55,270 bases of DNA from Scenedesmus sp. PABB004 (lineage: Eukaryota), in the NCBI GenBank assembly GCA_014905635.1, contig JABVCE010000020.1, positions 682,001-737,270 on the forward strand, given 5' to 3'. Position 1 is the stretch's first letter, and each line of letters opens with the position of its first letter. The position numbers and the translations under genes were made by a program. Shown piece after piece: positions 52,776 through 55,270 of the stretch. The notes below the pieces were generated by a model. The model worked only from the letters and a program-made list of their open reading frames with translations, was not told the origin of the DNA and ran no database searches.

Positions 52776-55270
52776 TCAGGGCGCGGGCTTGGAGGTGGGC
52801 AGCGTCTCGCTGCCGTCGGCCTGCACGCGCGAGCCGGGCGCCGTCTCCACGCCGGGCGGCAGGCTGTCGTCCACCTCCTTCACCGCAGCGTGGTGCGCCG
52901 CGTGCTCGGGGTTGACGTGGTACTGCGGGGCGCGGGGTTTTGAGGTTGTTATTTGGTAGTTTGAGTTTTTGAATGCAGCGGGCGACAGCCGCAGCGGCCG
53001 GACGCGCGCGCGGGCGGGAGCGCGGGACCGCAGCGCGGGAGCGCGGGCGCGCGGCGCGGCGGCGCACCTGCAGCACTGCGCTGGGGCTCTTGAACGGCAG
53101 CGGCACGCGCATCTTGTCCTGCAAGCGGCGCGCACGCGGGGGGAGGCGAGGCGTCGGCCGGCGCGCCCCCGTGGGCCGCTGCTGCAGCGGGCGCGGCGCG
53201 CGCAGGCCGCTGCTGCAGCGGCGCCGCCACCGCAGCGCGCGCGGCGGGCAGGGCCCCGCGCCAGCGCGCGCGGCGCGCGCGCTGCGCGGCGCGCGCGCTG
53301 GAAGGCGTCGGGGCAGTTGGCGTAGAGGACCTGCGGCCGGCGGCGCGCGGCGGCGGTCGGCGCGCGCGTGGGCTGCGGGCGGCCCCCGCCGGCGCCGACC
53401 GTGGCCCCCTCGCCGCCGCGCGCGCGCCCCGCCGCGGCGTGCGCTGCCCGCCCCAGTGCGCGCTGGGCTGGGCGCCGGGCGCTGGGCGGCGGGCGGCGCG
53501 CACGTTGTGGAGGTTGTTGCGGCCAAGGGGATGCCGGCGAGGTCGAGAATGAAGTTGAACAAGTAGAGGGTGAGGTAGCTGGACGTTATAACACGTTAAA
53601 ATACGACGGGGCGAGCGGGGTGGGGCGGGGCAGGCGGGCGGGGCGGGGGCGCGGGGTGCGGGCGGGGCGGCGTCAGCTGTGTGCGCTGGAGCGAGGGGCC
53701 GGCGAGGCGCAGGGTGGGAGGGGCGCCGGCGGCGGCCGCAGCGTCGGCGGGGGCCGCGCCTGCAGACGCCGGCGATGACGCCATAGGCGATGGAATAGGT
53801 CTGTGGTGGTGGTGTGTGTGTATGTGTGGAGGGGGGGGGGCGTGCGTGGGTGTGTGTGGGAGGGAGGTGGCGCGGCGGGCGTGAGGCAGGGGCGAGGGCG
53901 CGCGAGGGGCGGCGCGAGGGCGAGCGCGGGGGGCGCGCGCGGGGCCGCCGCGCGCGCGCGGGCGCTGGGTGGTCGCCGCCCCAGCGTGGTTGGCAATGCA
54001 GCAACGCAGCGCCGCGCAGGGCGGGGTCCGCGGCGACGCACCGGAGCCCCCTCCCCCCCCCCCCCCACACACACACACACACGCACGCACACGCACACCA
54101 CGGCCTGCCCGCGCCCGCGCGGCGCCGCCCCCGCGCTGAGCAGCCGCCAGGGTTGCGCAACGTGGCACCTGCTCAGCGCGACGCGGCGGCGCTGCGGGGG
54201 CCGCCCGAGCGGCCCAAGCCCCCAACCGCGGCGGCGGCGGCCGCAGCGCAGGGCGCGCCGGCGGCCGCCGCCGCGTGCGGCGCTGGGTGGAAGTCGAGGC
54301 CAGAGTGCGCAGCGACTTGCACCTAGCGCCGCGCAGCGGCGGGCGCGCCGCTGGGAGCCCCTGCCGTCGCACGCCCCCGGCGCCGGGCCGCGGGCGGCGC
54401 CGCGGTCGCCCCCCGCGCGCTCAAGCAGCGGGAGCCAGGGCTGCGAAAACCTGGCACCTCCTGAGCTGAGCGCAGGGGGCGGCCCGCGGCGCTGGCGGCG
54501 CTGCGGGGGCTGCCCAGCCAGCCCAAACGCCTCGAATCCCACCGTGTCAGCGAGGCGGCCGCGGCCCAGGGCGCCGCGCCTCGGCGCCGGCTGCTGCGCC
54601 TCGGCGCCCGAGGGAGAGTGGAGGAGCAGCAGCTGGCGCCGACGCGGCGCGCGCCGACGGCGCTCGCTCGCTGCCCCGGACACAGCCCCCCCCCCCCCCG
54701 CCCGCAACCCGCCGGGGCGTGCGCGCGGCAGCCTGCGCGCGCGCTGGCTCGGGCCGCCGCGCCCCCACGCGCGGGGCGGCTGCGGCGCGCCGCCGGGCTG
54801 CAAGCCCCCGACCAAAACCCTCACCCGCGCGGGCCGCGCGCGTGAGAGGGGCACCGGGCACCTTCAACCACTCAAAACCCTCAACCAAATCACCCCTGAG
54901 CCCTAAACCCTAAACCCTAGACACCCCCCCCCCCCGCGCGCACCAGGGGCATCGTGACGATGGTGATGAAAGCGGGAACCGCTTGCTGCGGGGGGGGGGG
55001 GGGGGGGGGCAGGGGCGGTGTGAGTGGCGTGTGAGCGGCGTGTGAGCGGCGTGCGAGCGGCGTGTGAGCGGCGTGCGAGCGGCGTGCGAGCGGCGGCGGG
55101 GAGGGGAGGGGTCGAGGGTCGTGCGAGGGTGGTGGGGCGTGGTGGACGCGGGGGCAGCGCGCGAGCGGCCGGCGGCCCATCCCCGGCCGGGACGCGGGTC
55201 TCGGCGGCGGCGGCGGGCTCGGGGGTCAGGGTGACGAGGTTGGCGGCCTCCTGACCGCAACCTGCGCACC
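52776..55270 (-). CDS. AzgA/AZG-type adenine-guanine permease (NCS2-related), 3' exons only
   Basis: AVPAFITIVTMPL|TYSIAYGVIAGVC is the AzgA C-terminal signature. Downstream exons end at ...TSKPAP-TGA. The 5' part lies outside the window. Confidence 0.8.
54895..54921 (+). repeat. Interstitial telomere-like repeat (CCCTAAA) just inside an intron donor of the minus-strand gene
   Basis: ccctgagccctaaaccctaaaccctag. Confidence 0.85.
55019..55093 (+). repeat. 11-bp tandem repeat GTG[T/C]GAGCGGC x~7, intronic
   Basis: Read directly from the sequence. Confidence 0.85.

Noticed and set aside
54870..54925. Chromosome end
   Set aside because: Only 2-4 degenerate units, lying inside an intron with coding exons on both sides.

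Overview
Eukaryotic nuclear DNA with very high GC (roughly 80% by eye), gene-dense and intron-rich. It is most consistent with a chlorophyte green alga (Sphaeropleales-like, by inference): TGTAA poly(A) signals, TTTAGGG-type repeats, a gametolysin-type M11 protease and plastid-like presequences. Most long ORFs in the six-frame track are GC artefacts; the real genes are spliced. About 17 genes can be read: LRR protein (partial), long coiled-coil protein, Zn-finger/alpha-beta hydrolase, PDK-like kinase, QLQ protein, IMPACT/YigZ, M11 metalloprotease, SKA1, tandem CCCH protein, N-carbamoylputrescine amidase, two unknowns, amidophosphoribosyltransferase, SYP81, a chorismate-lyase(Ycf21)-PfkB fusion, RPT6 and an AzgA permease (partial). 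The most unusual signals are: (1) long introns have a polarised build, with TTTAGGG/GT-rich 5' ends, CCCTAAA/CA-rich 3' ends and arrays of 60-95 nt near-perfect hairpins between them; (2) AG|GCGCG GC-AG introns are very frequent; (3) a Ycf21-polyQ-PfkB fusion lies within one exon. Several 1-bp frameshifts probably reflect assembly error. Gene spans include introns, and exon edges were read by eye.
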